Assembly: GCA_965203295.1 (NCBI GenBank)
Contig: CBDBCZ010000018.1
Location: 2,496,001 to 2,560,000 of the forward strand
Direction: 5' to 3'
Length of the DNA stretch: 64,000 nucleotides
From: Nitrospirales bacterium
GTDB taxonomy: Bacteria; Nitrospirota; Nitrospiria; Nitrospirales; UBA8639
Positions within the stretch are counted from its first letter, which is position 1. Each line of letters opens with the position of its first letter. The position numbers were made by a program, and so were the translations under genes. The notes beneath the pieces are model-generated. The model had not been told where the DNA came from and ran no database searches. It saw only the letters and a program-made list of their open reading frames with translations. Positions 12,248 through 30,529 of the stretch are shown piece after piece.

Positions 12248-14124
12248 AGCATATTTCCAAGCCCAGAATATCAGTCCAGCCTTACAGCTCTACAGTAGTG
12301 TATGGACAGCCACTTCGCCTCTTCGTTGATGTCGAGAACCCTGACTCTTCAACAAAATTCCAATGGTACCGAAGCAATGAGCTGATTAATGGCCGTGAGA
12401 GCCGTGAGCTGCTTATCCACTCAGTCATTGACAGCGATGGAGGTGACTACTACTGTAGGGTCACTAATTGTGCTGGCTCAACGGATTCCCAAGTTGCTAG
12501 AGTCTCCATTAGCAATGGCCAGGGTCCCCTGGTACGTGCCCCAGACCGCTGGGGTCAGTATGGAAGAATGGGCTACCGGGGTCGAGGAGAACCAGAGGAC
12601 GAGGATGAGCCTTGTGGACAGCCAGTGCCATCATCTGCTCCACCTACGTCAGCAAATGCTTTTACCACTCAGGCGTCAGCATCATGTAAGCTATTATGGT
12701 ATTCCATGTGGAAGCCTCATGGGAAGCAATACCTATACATGTAGATCTAGAAGAGTCAACACTTGCATACACACACTTCCTTTCCAATTAAAATGGGGGA
12801 GTGCGTGTAGTTATTTGAGAATGGCGGCCATCAGTGTCTGATGCTGCCGAATCAGCCTTACTCACTGCCGGTGAACCCCCATAGATCGCTACCACTACTT
12901 CTAGGTTGCTACACATGTTGCCCCCGTAAATCACTGCTGCCTCTCTGCAGGCAACTCCACTGCAGTACATGCTCTCAACTCTACTGTACCGTAGACTCGG
13001 GTTATTAAAATTAAGCGCACCTTTTTTATAAGCGCACTCCTTTTTATAAGCGCATACTTCCTTCCTGATTTTTGCTACTCGCTACTAAGCGCATGCATGC
13101 ACCCGATTAAACTTTAAACTTTGGGCTCTCTCAGCATGAGATCGAGATTGCAACGTGCTAAGTATTACCGAGTGTTTCACTGGAGATTCTCATGATGGCT
13201 ACGGCTGCTGGTGCTTCTATCCTTCTCTCGAACAGATCGGGAAAGGCTAAGAGGAAAAGCTATGCAAGAGAGTTCAAGCTGACTGTTGTCAACCACTATC
13301 ATGACAATAATTTGTACCAGACGTCCAATCGTTGAACACCAAGACGATTTTGTACACGTGGTGCTCTTGAATGATGCTTTCGTGAATCAGGATCGCATCT
13401 TCCCCCCTTGCCATGATAGCTAGCTAGCCATAGAACGAGTTGCGAAAGGTGGGTGGGACTAATGGGCGGTGCTAGACATCGCTATTTATAAGCGCACACT
13501 TTTTGTTAAGCGCATATTTCCTTGCTGCTCAGACTCATAAGCGCATGCGCTTAATAACCCGAGTCTACAGTATGCTCTCTTAAATAGTCTCTTTGTCCTC
13601 TGGCAGGCTGTAATTACATTCCTGTAGTGTTACTACACATCAACCTGCACACATGGAGTCTATACAACACGATTGGTTGCTTTGCTTCTCTCCTCTCGTA
13701 CCCAGGCCTCCCGCCGGGAGGCCTGGGTACGAGTTATCTCGCTTGGTAATTATTGTGCTGCAGATGTAAATAAGTCATTACGGTGTACATGTTACCAGAA
13801 TTAAACTATCATCCAACTTATTGATTTCTCTCCCTCCCACTCACAGCACCAGTAGTGACAGATAAACCAGTGATCTCAGTGCACCCCCAGCCACAAGAGA
13901 TTGAACTCGGGGACCCCCTAACTCTGAGCTGCGTAGCCACTGGGTCCGGAGAACTCAGTTACCTGTGGTACTTCAATGGACTCTCCCTAAACAAAGAGGT
14001 CCAGTCAACCTACACTATCCACTGCTTCACCGATGAGGACGAAGGTCTATATACATGCAAAGTGTCCAATGATGGTGGCAGCACAATGTCACAAATGGCT
14101 CATGTAGTCATGAAACTTGACTAA
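12248..14124 (+). CDS. Last two exons of an immunoglobulin-domain protein gene (exons 12248-12685 and 13847-14124)
   Basis: Two Ig domains (FQWY...DGGDYYCRVTN; LSC...YLWY...DEGLYTCKVSN), phase-1 splice sites join in frame, TAA at 14124; no TM segment. Confidence 0.85.
12989..13570 (+). mobile_element. pogo-type (Tc1/mariner superfamily) internally deleted element in an intron
   Basis: TIRs CCGTAGACTCGGGTTATTAA / TTAATAACCCGAGTCTACAG, TA TSD, remnant KRKSYAREFKLTVVNHYHDNNLYQTS (Brinker-type HTH). Confidence 0.85.
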
Positions 14125-14994
14125 ATTACCTTAGTCGGCCACTGTGTCATTTACACAATATTTAATATGCATTGCTTAACTACTTTGATGTTGTTTCCAC
14201 TTTGTGTATTACTTTCAATTTTTGTATATAAGAATCATTCTGAAATGAATCTATATCATGGAAACTCATACTTGTATGGGCCAGCCAATTTGCCGTGTGT
14301 TCACCCTGACTATGATATACGCCTACCCTTACAGTACTTCAGGGGCCATGCATACTTCATGAGTTTGGGCCTTTATTTCTATGTACACAGGCGAGTGATA
14401 TTTTGTGCAGCTAATTCAGTGTTCCTTGTATCTCACTTATATGTCTGTGGATAAATGACAAGTACATGTAGAATGACCAGTAATTCTTCTGGGATTCTAC
14501 TGGTGATTACCAAATTGTTTCCAATGAATCCACATGATTTCCACTTTCAAGCTTCACAAGCTCATGTCTTGGACTAATAATGAATTAACTGCCAAAAAAG
14601 TGAGCGCTTCCACAGGCAATGTCATCCATTTCCATAATTATGCAGTACTTATATAGGCACTTATCTTTACTAATCCAAGACACTGGGAAAGTCTTGAACA
14701 ATACGTATAATGCCAATATTATCCGTAGGTCTTGGCTAACCCATACAACTGACATGTATACATATAACTAATACTATTTTGCCGTATCCAGTATTTCATG
14801 GTTACTAGTCACTCATCCAGTTTTCACTTATCCTGTTTGTATTTGGATACAACTTAATGCTGTTCCTTCCATGCATGTCACACACACACACACACACACA
14901 CACACAAGCACACACACAAAATGCAAATTCTATTGCTGCCACTAAGCGGTCACATGCACCTGGTAAAGCCAGGCTGCTTGTGCACTAAGCAAGC

Positions 14995-15337
14995 ACTATG
15001 AGCCAGTTCTAGCAAACTCATGGAGCTGGGCTAGGAGCTCGCCGAAGGACTGCCTGCTTCTCTCAGTGTCTGGTGTGGGCACCCGGAGTCCCACCTGGAC
15101 CAAGGCTGATACATGAGAGCAGTCAGTTGAATTTGCACCCCAGCAAATTGCCAGGTACCCATTACAGCTGGGTGGGCTGGTGTGTACTGGCAATTACATA
15201 ATACGTAATTCACACCAAATACATGTTAATGATAGAAAAAATGATATATAGTAGGTATATAGTCACCAGTCATCATGTGGGATTCGAACTACCACTTGGG
15301 TGTGAGTCCAGTGCTCTAACCACTAGCTCCACCACTG
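14995..15337 (-). mobile_element. tRNA-derived SINE lying between (CA)n tracts
   Basis: Head GGTGGAGCTAGTGG...AGTTCGAATCCCAC (A/B boxes); core CCCAGCTGTAATGGGTACCTGG; CA repeats at 14878-14918 and 15339-15438. Confidence 0.7.
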
Positions 15338-15338
15338 T

Positions 15339-15413
<75 letters not shown>

Positions 15414-15536
15414 CACACACACACACACACACACACACTGTATGTAGTCACCCTTTACACCACAAAATGCACACAGTTGGACACGCTGCCACTAGCTGCC
15501 ACATTAATAAATAAGACTGGTGTGGGGTTCACTTAA

Positions 15537-15896
15537 GGTGATGTTCCACCCAAAGATAATATTATTTTGAACATTTATTTCTGTACACAAGCCAAGATAT
15601 CAATGTCAATTTTTCATTATTGTTTATGAATTTGGGACATCAATATCTTGGCTTGTCTACCCCCTATGCACCTGAAAGTTTCACCAAAGTCTCTAAAACC
15701 ACGAGTGCTATGCAATGACATTTAGTACTTCCTGAGGGGGGTCAAGGAAAAAAGTTGGAAAGTTAAATTTACCCTGTATGTTTCAAAAAGGTGTTTATTG
15801 AAGAGAACTCATTGAGAAAATTACTGGGTTGCATTTTTACCTTCATAGTCCCTACCATTTTTTGAGATTGAACGTCCAATTGGGTGGGACACCACT
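15537..15896. mobile_element. Kolobok-like MITE
   Basis: TTAA on both sides; imperfect 17-bp TIR GGTGATGTTCCACCCAA / TTGGGTGGGACACCACT. Confidence 0.65.
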
Positions 15897-16524
15897 TTAA
15901 CTTTGTACCCAGTCTCTACTCCCCACTCAGCTGTTTCTGTGCAAAAAAGCTAGGTGGGGAGTAGAGACTGGTAGGTTCACTTGTATATGATCTGTGGCAA
16001 TACCAATAAAAAGGGATCCACTGCATAAAAGCGCTCTACATACGTTGCTAATATATGTAAGTGCACAGTCCAGGCAAATATGTTACTTATTGTAATACAC
16101 GTATGTAGATAGTTTGACTAAAATACCACAATGTGAGCACTGACAGTCAGTAAATGACCTTCGAGACAAAGCTGTACTGTAGTGCAACTTTGGCACAACA
16201 CACTACATGCAAACCTGTTTCACAATTAAGTATAGGCTAGAGACCGGATGCGAGCTCGTCACTACAAGGTTTTAGAAACTCAGAGCATAGATAATAGTCT
16301 ATTCTGAATCTGAATCCTGATTCCAGATCATCGTGCTCTTGTTCCGCGACTTTTACGTCTGGGGTATGGGTACGGGCTATAGGCAGCGAATTAGTTGTCC
16401 ACAAGGCCATCGCTAAGATGAGTACCTGTCAGAATCCGTCACACAGTCGATCTCGGGAGAGCATTTCCAGTGATGCTCATCTGATTAATCTCGTTCCCAG
16501 CCCTACAGGGCTGGGAATGAGACT

Positions 16525-16790
16525 ATTCAGCAAATGTCAGGTATTTAGCAAATGACCATGGGTAAATGATCATGGTAAATGATCATGGTAAATGATCATG
16601 GTATTTAGCAATTACGTATTTAGTAAATGACCATGGGTATTTAGCAAATGCCAGGTAATAACCCTGGGTATTTACTAAGTAACCATGGGTATTTACTAAG
16701 TAACCATGGGTATTTACTAAGTAACCATGGGTATTTACTAAGTAACCATGAGTATTTACTAAATAACCATGGGTATTTAGTAAATGCCAT
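16525..16790. repeat. 13-bp and 21-bp tandem repeats
   Basis: GGTAAATGATCAT x3; GGGTATTTACTAAGTAACCAT x5. Confidence 0.85.
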
Positions 16791-17929
16791 ATATTCTCTA
16801 GTCAAAGTATCTCAAAAAATTGATTTTGGCACAAACGGCACCCTAATTCACAGCTTTCTCAGACTTTGGCGAACCATAGGTACTAGCAGATGTGGATGTT
16901 AGTATGTTACTATGCCAACTTGGCTTACAGCAGTAGTGCAAAACGAGCTTTCAGCGTCAGCTAGCAATTTCTCAACATTCGCGTCAGCGACAGCTCCGCC
17001 TCGGTCAATAAGTAGGTTGTGGTTCAGCCAATTAGTCCCTCTGGTGCTCAAAACATTGTAGTAACCTTGTTGCTTGGTCTAACTAATACTTAAAGACCTA
17101 GCAATGATACAAAACTTCGACCTGTTTGCGTCTATTGCCATACCCCTTATTTAACGGGAAAATTTTCAATCAAATATCCAGAAGCAGGCGTGGCTTAGCG
17201 GCAATCGTTTCGCCTTTCACTGAAAAGGTCGCGGGTTCGAATCCGCCCGGGAACTTTAATTTTCCTTTTTTTCTCTTGCGAATGTCTATAGGAATAGTAC
17301 TGATATAAAAGAGAGAAATGTTCATCTACTGTCACCAACACCCCCCGTGGTGCTGGGAGCAGTGGCGCAGTATCTGGAGACAGTGATCGCGAGTTCGAAT
17401 CTCGGCTCGTGCACTGAAGGTTTGGGGCATTATGGCTTAGGGACCGCCCCCTACCTCCCTTAATTCCAGTATAAACCTGTACACGCTGCGGAGTGGATCC
17501 ATCGGGGTCAGTTCTTGATTCGTTAGCCGCTTGAGCTTCCACATCCTGGCCCTTCGGGTGAAACTTTTTCTCTTTTTTTTTGAAAAAGTTTCGTTTTTTT
17601 TTTTTTTTAAACGCTCACTAAAAATGAACGCCAAGTTTGTTTTTGCTAATTTCTTTTTTTTTTTTGCTTTTGAAAAGTAACTTATTAAGCATTTTTTGTC
17701 TTTTCAATATATCAGTTGCTGTTTGATATTTAGCTGAGGGAATAAAATATTTCTGCAGAAACCCACTTGAGCACATGTAACTCTCACCAAAAACTGCAAC
17801 CTTACTCATTCTCATTAATATGGTGATTGTTCCCTTAATCTCACAGTTCTTTCTCTTTTCAAAATTCCCTCGCTGCTATAATTATATTCTTTTGTGGCTG
17901 TAATAGTAGAACCCTGTTCATGATTACAC

Positions 17930-22950
<5,021 letters not shown>

Positions 22951-24139
22951 GTAGATACTCACTGGCATGGCTAATCTCCACCCCTTTACTCAACAATAGT
23001 GGATATTCCGGGGGTAGATTGTCATCAGCCTCATTCTCAGGTTTGCATACACATAGCCACATATAATAAAGCACAGGCTATAGGCAAATTCTTGCACAGC
23101 TAGTGCACCGTGTATCGTGGCACAACTGCTGCTATGTGCAATCAATAAGATTAATTAGTCACGGGTTTCTACCCTCAGTTTCATTTTTCCTATATTCATA
23201 AAGGGAAATAACTAGTAAATTGAACTCACTGAAATGCAATTATAATGAATAGCACTGAAGTACTGAACCCTCGGCACAGCTAGCTAACTGCAAGATTTTG
23301 GAATTCACTGAATGAATTTAGTCCTGTTGAGACAGCTAATTATATAATGCCCTATACATGACGAGTCAGGTATTCAAACTTCCTGAAAATACGTACATTA
23401 GTTTACATGAAGTTAACCAAGTTCATTCACGTGAGTGTGCATGTTATATCAATGCGTGTGTCCTCTGCAGCCGATGAGGTTCATGGTAAGTTATTCTATT
23501 GTTGTGTTGTAGGCTTATAGTGTTTAATGTGAAACATAAATTGTCAAAAATCATTGCAGTTTTGATATTATAATCACAACCACAGTCTGAAGTTAACAGA
23601 ACAGCTCAATGGTATAGATAGATAGATAAACATTTTTACATCACACCACAGGGGCAGCAGTATATAACAAAATCAAATGAGTATAAGATCCAACGCACGT
23701 GTTTCGTCCTAAGTCTCGTGCCCAGACCCAGATTTGATGCCATGCGCACGTGAGAGGCGTGTCTGACCCACATACAGAGAGCTACATGCTTTGGAAGCCA
23801 CTTCCACAAAGCTCAGAGTTATAGCTAATTTTGGTGAGGCCGCCCTTGTTATAAAGCGTTGTAATTTTTTTTATATCTTACCCTCTTTTCATTCCTGAGC
23901 ACTTATGTTAAACTCCATAATCTGCTCTGTATTCCATATACCCTACACATTTTGAGAGACATTGTTTTTTAGGTAATAAAGTAATTTAAAGTGGTTGCAA
24001 TCATTTTAAAATTCAATTGTTTTCTGAATCTACTTTTTTGTTTGGAGCATACAATACATATTTCAAACTAGCATGAACGGATACATTAAACAAACAAACT
24101 GATTGAAAATATGCCTACCCCTTTTACAATATGACTCAC

Positions 24140-24262
24140 TTGTGCAATTCACTCCATCCCCTTCATATCCAGTGACACATGTACAGTTGAAGCTTCCTTC
24201 AGTGTCTGAGCAAATTGCATTTATGTCACAGTTATCAGCGCCTCTTACACATTTATCAATGT
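24140..24262 (-). CDS. Calcium-binding EGF exon, paralog of 10924-11046
   Basis: DIDKCVRGADNCDINAICSDTEGSFNCTCVTGYEGDGVNCT, 123 bp, CAG/GTGAG flanks. Confidence 0.85.
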
Positions 24263-25180
24263 CTGCATGGAGTGAAATGCAGTAGAGAATACAGATTGAT
24301 AAGCTTCTTTAGGGGCACTGAGGACTGCTGCTGCAATCTTCTGAAATACGAATAGATATATTGTGCCCACCCCTCTAATCAGTATAATTATCTTAACAGA
24401 TATCATTCTTGTGCAATTAGTGTCACTCTCTCACAGCCATGAATACAGCTACAGCTAAAGTTACATGTTACATCACAGGAGAGTGCATATGTAGTTGAGT
24501 CTTTCTAGTTGACACTTTCAAGAAGCATAGTAAACATTGTTAAGAGTGACCTAAAACAAGTCAAAATCATTTCTTATCATGACAGATGTTGTCGAGCGGT
24601 TATAAAACTCTACATAATTCAATAACGCCACAGAACCTTGTTTCTGGGTGACAAAATATGCAAGCAATGTTGACTAAGTATTAGCTTTCCAGGACATCTG
24701 ATTGCTAAATGCGTTCATCTTGGTTATACAATGTTACTATGTACAGTGCAGTCATCAGAACAGTTAGCTATATAGTGAGCTAGTCTGGTATCTACGTCAG
24801 ATGTGTGAAAGCACTATACTCAGACATTCATGGAAGTATAAAAGATGCTGTTGTAGGCTCACTTTATGATCTTGCAGTCACTATGTATATGGTAGTAGCT
24901 GCCGAGAATGCTGGCAATGTGAAAGGATTACCAACACATTTCTACACTCCTCTTTAGTACCATTCCCATACCACTAAAGTATATCAAGGTTTCTGTACAT
25001 GTACTCCGTGTATCAACCGCAGAGGAATGCGGCCAATAGTTTGGGAGGAAGAACTGCATATCTAGACGTCTTTTCCCAGCAGCACGCACATTCACAATTC
25101 AACACGCATTATAACTTACGTACCTACCCAAATCCAACTCCCCCAAGCGATTGAAACAGCCGGTAAACACCTTTTCTACT

Positions 25181-25342
25181 AACAATTTTTATTAGCAACC
25201 AAGAAGCATGCACTAACTCCTTTGCTACTTTAGTTCAGGTTTAGAAAAGTCAATCCTTTTTTACTAATTTGACTTTCCCAAACCTGAACTAAAAGTAGCA
25301 TAGGGGTTAGTGCATGCTTCTTGGTTGCTAATTAAAATTGTT
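25181..25342. repeat. Foldback inverted repeat with ~73-bp arms
   Basis: AACAATTTTTATTAGCAACCAAGAAGCATGCACTAAC... mirrored by ...GTTAGTGCATGCTTCTTGGTTGCTAATTAAAATTGTT. Confidence 0.85.
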
Positions 25343-28300
25343 CTGCCCTCTGATAATTTCATACTTGCAAGCTTACGTCTAAGTATGAGCTGGCGGTGCT
25401 CTACTAGCACCATGCAGTACTAGCCTCGGTCCCAGGCTCTCTGCAAGCAACGAAAAGCTGGATGAGAGTCTGGGTTCGAGGCTACGTACATTACTACCTC
25501 TATTTGATGAGTTGGTTTAGTCAGTGAAGATATGCAAATAGACATTGTGTTTTTCTTGGCACAGGTGGGTAGTATTTTTCCTGGAATACATAGTGTCACA
25601 CCTTAAGGTAGCCCATGCATTGCTAATGAACTCTTTTCTTGGAAAATGTGGGTGTTACATGAGCACTCCTTATGATAGTACATGCTCACTTGTACTACCA
25701 AAAGGAATGCACATGATTGTGTAACACCTGCTTATTCCAGGAAAAGTAGACAACCACAATGTCTGCAATAAAACTGCATATAATAAATACTTACTATATA
25801 AATAATTAAACTAGAGGGGTGTTAACACTAAATACCTGAAATTTTTATTGTAGGAGGTGGTGTGTGTAGAGATAGCAGGGATGATCGCCTCAATAGTTGT
25901 ATAATAATGTTACATTTTATTTTCATTTTCATGTTCATTGAACAATATAAGCATAGCAATACTAGCTACAAGTTGTGTGCATATTTAATTTTCTGCTAAC
26001 TGAGCTGAAGGCATGGATAACATTGCCACTTACTAAAATAAACTATTATAACCTTGTACTAATTGGTAATAAAAAGTGGGAACATTCTTGCTATCTAGGT
26101 ACAATGAACCTTTGTTATGATGTAATGGGGGTTGCAAAGTCACATTATTGTACGTATGTCATGCAGTACATTACTACACAGGCTAGCTACATGTACATGC
26201 ACGTACGTTTCTTGGAATAAATGTGCACGCTGCATCATTGAAGGGCTGTCTAACCTCCTACCATATGTGACTTCTTGCCCAGATCTATCTTGCAGCAATT
26301 TTACCCAGCTGATAACTGCAAGATGAATTATCTGGGTTGTGCACTATGTTTGAACACCCTAAAACGTAGGATAACTACATGTATGTATAATATTCTAATG
26401 TCGCTGCCGTAGCACTTATGCCATTGACCACACACCCACATACACAGGCAGAGCTTGTAACATCTCCAGTCAGAAGACAAGAGGAAGAGCAATCAGATGT
26501 TACAACATCCAGATCACTATATCTTCCAGATTAATAATACATCTTAACTAGTCTTAAATAAGCCTTAAAATTATACCTGTATATTTTCTGTTGTTTGAGC
26601 GCAGTGAATTAAATGGAAAATGCGCTCTCATTGTTGCATGCGCAGTTAGCTAGAGCTAAGCCACCGCCAGTGTGGCGGAAAATTCCAACTGGTTGCTACT
26701 AGGCTGGGCTGTGGGTATATAAGCTTATGCTGGGGCTGCTTGGAGCATCTCTCGGCAGCAGCAGCAGTGAAGTGAAGGATTGTGGTGGGAGTATATATAA
26801 TACAGTAGTCATGTGGAGTGTTTTTTTTTCCTGCTCAGGTACATCGGGCTGTGAAAGCCTGACCTCCATCTACTGAGACTGTATGGAGTTTGACAGCCGT
26901 CTTGAGCTGGTGGCAAGACTTCTGTATGCTGAGCGCACCTACGGAGGCTGTATGGAGTTGACACCAGTGCAGAGACAGTTCTAGAAGCCAAGTGCATGTC
27001 CAGAGACCGTATGGAGTGGACAATTGTGCAATCATTTTGTGTGTGTGTTGCTGTGTGTTGCTGGGAGGTTTTGTTCCTTTGTTTTTTCACCTCACTGTTT
27101 TTCCTCACATGTTGAGGTTTTTTAAGTGATGGTGTTTTTTCCCCTGCGCACACTGGCCATGTGTCCTAAATATGTTGTGCCCACATTACTCCTTGTTTGG
27201 CCCATCCCAGCCTATTTTATGTACAAGTAGCTAGTTTTGTGGTGTACAGTTGACTTGTTTTGCGGTACAAGTTGGGCACTATCAACAATTTGCTGGCTGT
27301 CAGCTCTCAGCTGTCATGCTGCCTGGTCCAACCATAATGTATTCTTCGAAATGAGAGGTCCCAAATCTCACACCCTAAAAACAGAGGCTGTTTTCTTAAA
27401 ATTATTGAGCGTACTAAACTCTTCAGAGCTCCTTCCCCCCCCCCCTCAAAAGATTTCAAATGGTATCATACACAGGACACTGCCAGAGCACATGTACTAC
27501 ACTCTCACATTCTTCCCCACATAACTTACACTGCCTGTTATCATTTTTACCCTTGTGTTGGCTATTAATGGACTTTCCCTGAAAGTGTACAATAATTAAA
27601 CATAATAGTCCCTGAAACATAGTATAAGTAATTGACCATTAACTATCCTAGCTTTCAGGGCAGTTCTAACATTGTATAATGGAGGCAAAAGAGAACATGT
27701 GCTGTTATGTTTATGCGGATGAAAACATAAAACTTGTTCCCTTGTAGCTATATTCCCAGCACTTAAACTTTCAACCCTGCTGGTATGATGAGTTACAACA
27801 GTATTGTGTTACATAATAAGAATATTCATGAGAATATTCATGCAGGCCCTATGCACATTATTGGTTACCGGACTGAGCTTGTCTAACAAGACTACATAGT
27901 AATACTGCACAAAGGTCCTCACCCAATGGCTCTTCTAGACATACGCATGCACAGGGAGGCATCGCGCAGAGACACATGGAGAGCTAGATCGAGCTATAGA
28001 GAGGAATCACAAACCGCACCCACTTTGGAAGCTGCTACAGCATGCAACAACATGCATCTAATCAGTCATAAGTACTAAAACCTTACACATGATTAGTAAT
28101 GCGTGTTTAAGTAGTACTCATTTGGATCCTGGAGCCCACCCACGTACAACTGGGCTCCCCCTTTTAGCCGTGTTGCCAGGCAGTCAAAAACAATATATGG
28201 CTTGGGAAACAGGCTATTTTCGCTCTCAGCGCCAAGCTAGGCATGCATTAATTAATATCAAGTCTGGATTTGCATCTAATGTGACGATCACAACATGCAT

Positions 28301-28968
28301 CTAATCAGTCATAACATGGTAACACTGCAGCATTAAGGAAGTTTTAAATTGTCTCATGGTGGGATGTACTTTTAGCACACACACTATCTAGCCATGTTCC
28401 CAGTCTCCACTCCTCACTAACTTTTTCCAGTGAGCAAAAAAGCTGGAGTGTGGAGACTGGGAACGGGGCTACACACACACATATAAAATATACAGCAGTG
28501 CGTACTCAATCCCAGACCTCCCCCAGAATTTGGCGCTTGCAATAGAAAAACATGAATTTCTGCATTTGGGGAGTGAGCCCCCCAATGCTGCAGTGCAAAC
28601 ATGACTTCCTCCATTCAGTTGGGACACAAACAAGAAACGGGGATTAAGTTTAATTGCTGGAATAATCTAGTCCACCATACAGCATATTTCACAATAAAAG
28701 TAAAGCCAGAGTGTCTTACTCGAGACATGATGTTGCACTGGTCTGAATGAAGGCATAACTCACAAAAAATTTGGTGAAAAAGGGCATTGTGGTACTGTAA
28801 TCCAAGCACTTTCCTTTCAATAAGCTAGCGAATTTCTTGAGTGAGACTACCTTACTTTAGTGGTTATAAACTATTAAAAATTTGCTCCCAGAAACATCTT
28901 TAACACTCTGTGCTATAATAATTATGAGCAGTTAGCTTACCGTACTAGCCTTGTTGCCAGCCTCCCCC

Positions 28969-29002
<34 letters not shown>

Positions 29003-29202
29003 TGGCCAGACACTCTGAGCGAATCGATGCAGTGATCATTCTATGGAGAATAAAGTAGAAGGAAGGTTAGCTCTTCTACTCTACTCTCATCATAAAAATG
29101 AGATATGGATGTACACCTTTTGACTATATACTAGCTCTATGATTGCATACGCGACAGCAATTATGATAAGCTTAATCACATTCATTATGCTGTTTGCTGA
29201 AT

Positions 29203-29612
29203 GGGCTATTCCATTTTATAACTGTACACCACCTATGGATGACAACTTTCGCCTTTTGTCCCCTGGACAAGATATTCTATAATTTTGCCCCCGGATACTG
29301 AGATTTTGACCTCTGGACGCGTATGGTTTTTGATGTTACCCCTGGACATAATAATTTCTTACCCCTGGACAACTTGGATTTCACAGCGAACCCCTGGACA
29401 AGAAGAACGAAATGGTGTTACTATTTGCTGAACCCCCTAGACACACGTTTTTTCTGTATAGCACCCCCTGGACATGGCGATTTTGACCCCTGGACACATC
29501 CCAATATTCAAAAAGAACCCCCGGACAAATGTCTCGTTGGTACCCTGGACAAAACCACTTTGTGAAATTTTGTCATCCATAGGGGGTGTACGGGTATAAA
29601 ATGGAATAACCC
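29203..29612. mobile_element. MITE with ~40-bp TIRs and an AAT TSD (PIF/Harbinger-ISL2EU-like)
   Basis: GGGCTATTCCATTTTATA...ATGGATGACAA / TTGTCATCCAT...TATAAAATGGAATAACCC; internal CCCTGGACA about 10 times. Confidence 0.8.
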
Positions 29613-30529
29613 AATACCTGAACACGTGTGGTCTAGAGGCCTTGCAAGTGCATGTTGCAAGATGCCTGTACAAGTACAGCGAATAGGCAATGGCTGTGCG
29701 TAACCTATTTTGCATTCTTATCTTATTGCGTAGTGTGCTAATAGATAAATTATAGAGCATGCTCATACCTTGCTCCGTTTTCAGCGCATCGAAGACAAGG
29801 CTTCCTCTTAACTGCCAGCATGCAGTGCGACTATAGCACCCCCAGGGCACGGTGTCAGAACAAAGCCTGCAAATCATGGTGATACCGGTATCTCGCGTTG
29901 AGGTCGACACCACGTGCTAGCTCGAGTTGTACTCTCGCAGCAGCATGGATTCGCTAGCAATTTCCGAACCGTGGATCCGCACGTGGCACTTGATTTCTAG
30001 ACCCCGATCTAGATCTCGGGGCCCCGCAGCTATGCATGGCTGTAGCGCACACTGCCCCATCTCAAGTAGTCTCGCAAAGTCTGGCCCGCGAGACTACATC
30101 TCAGAACTCTAGGCTAGCTGCATCCCCATCACTGAAAGATCAAAAAAGCGGAAGGACACAGGAACTTGGAGAGTATGGAGGTGAGTGTGGGATATAACCA
30201 TTGATTTGCGACCACTGATCCTGCAAGGTATCTGGACGTCAGTACTGACGTCAGTAAATCCATACATGCGCGCGTGTGCATGGAGTTACAGCATCATTTG
30301 TGCTGATCAGGTCTGATGTCATTGAAAGTTCGTCGTATATCTAGCTACCTCTATAAGTTTGGAGCCACGAAGGAGTGACGACTGCTATTACCCTGGGATT
30401 AGTGACCAACCGATCAACAGAAGAATAGCTGATGCCCCATGACATAACTACTCCTCCTCCGATTAACAGAAAAATGGTGCTATTCCCAGCTCCACCACCA
30501 TGAACAGTACACTGGTGAACACGAATTGA

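Noticed and set aside
15277..15337. Functional tRNA gene
   Set aside because: Incomplete cloverleaf; continues into a SINE body.
16648..16902. NHGYLLS repeat ORF
   Set aside because: Translation of a 21-bp tandem repeat.
29250..29560. Regularly spaced CCCTGGACA as a CRISPR array
   Set aside because: Repeat is only ~9 bp, spacing is irregular, and it is enclosed by TIRs.
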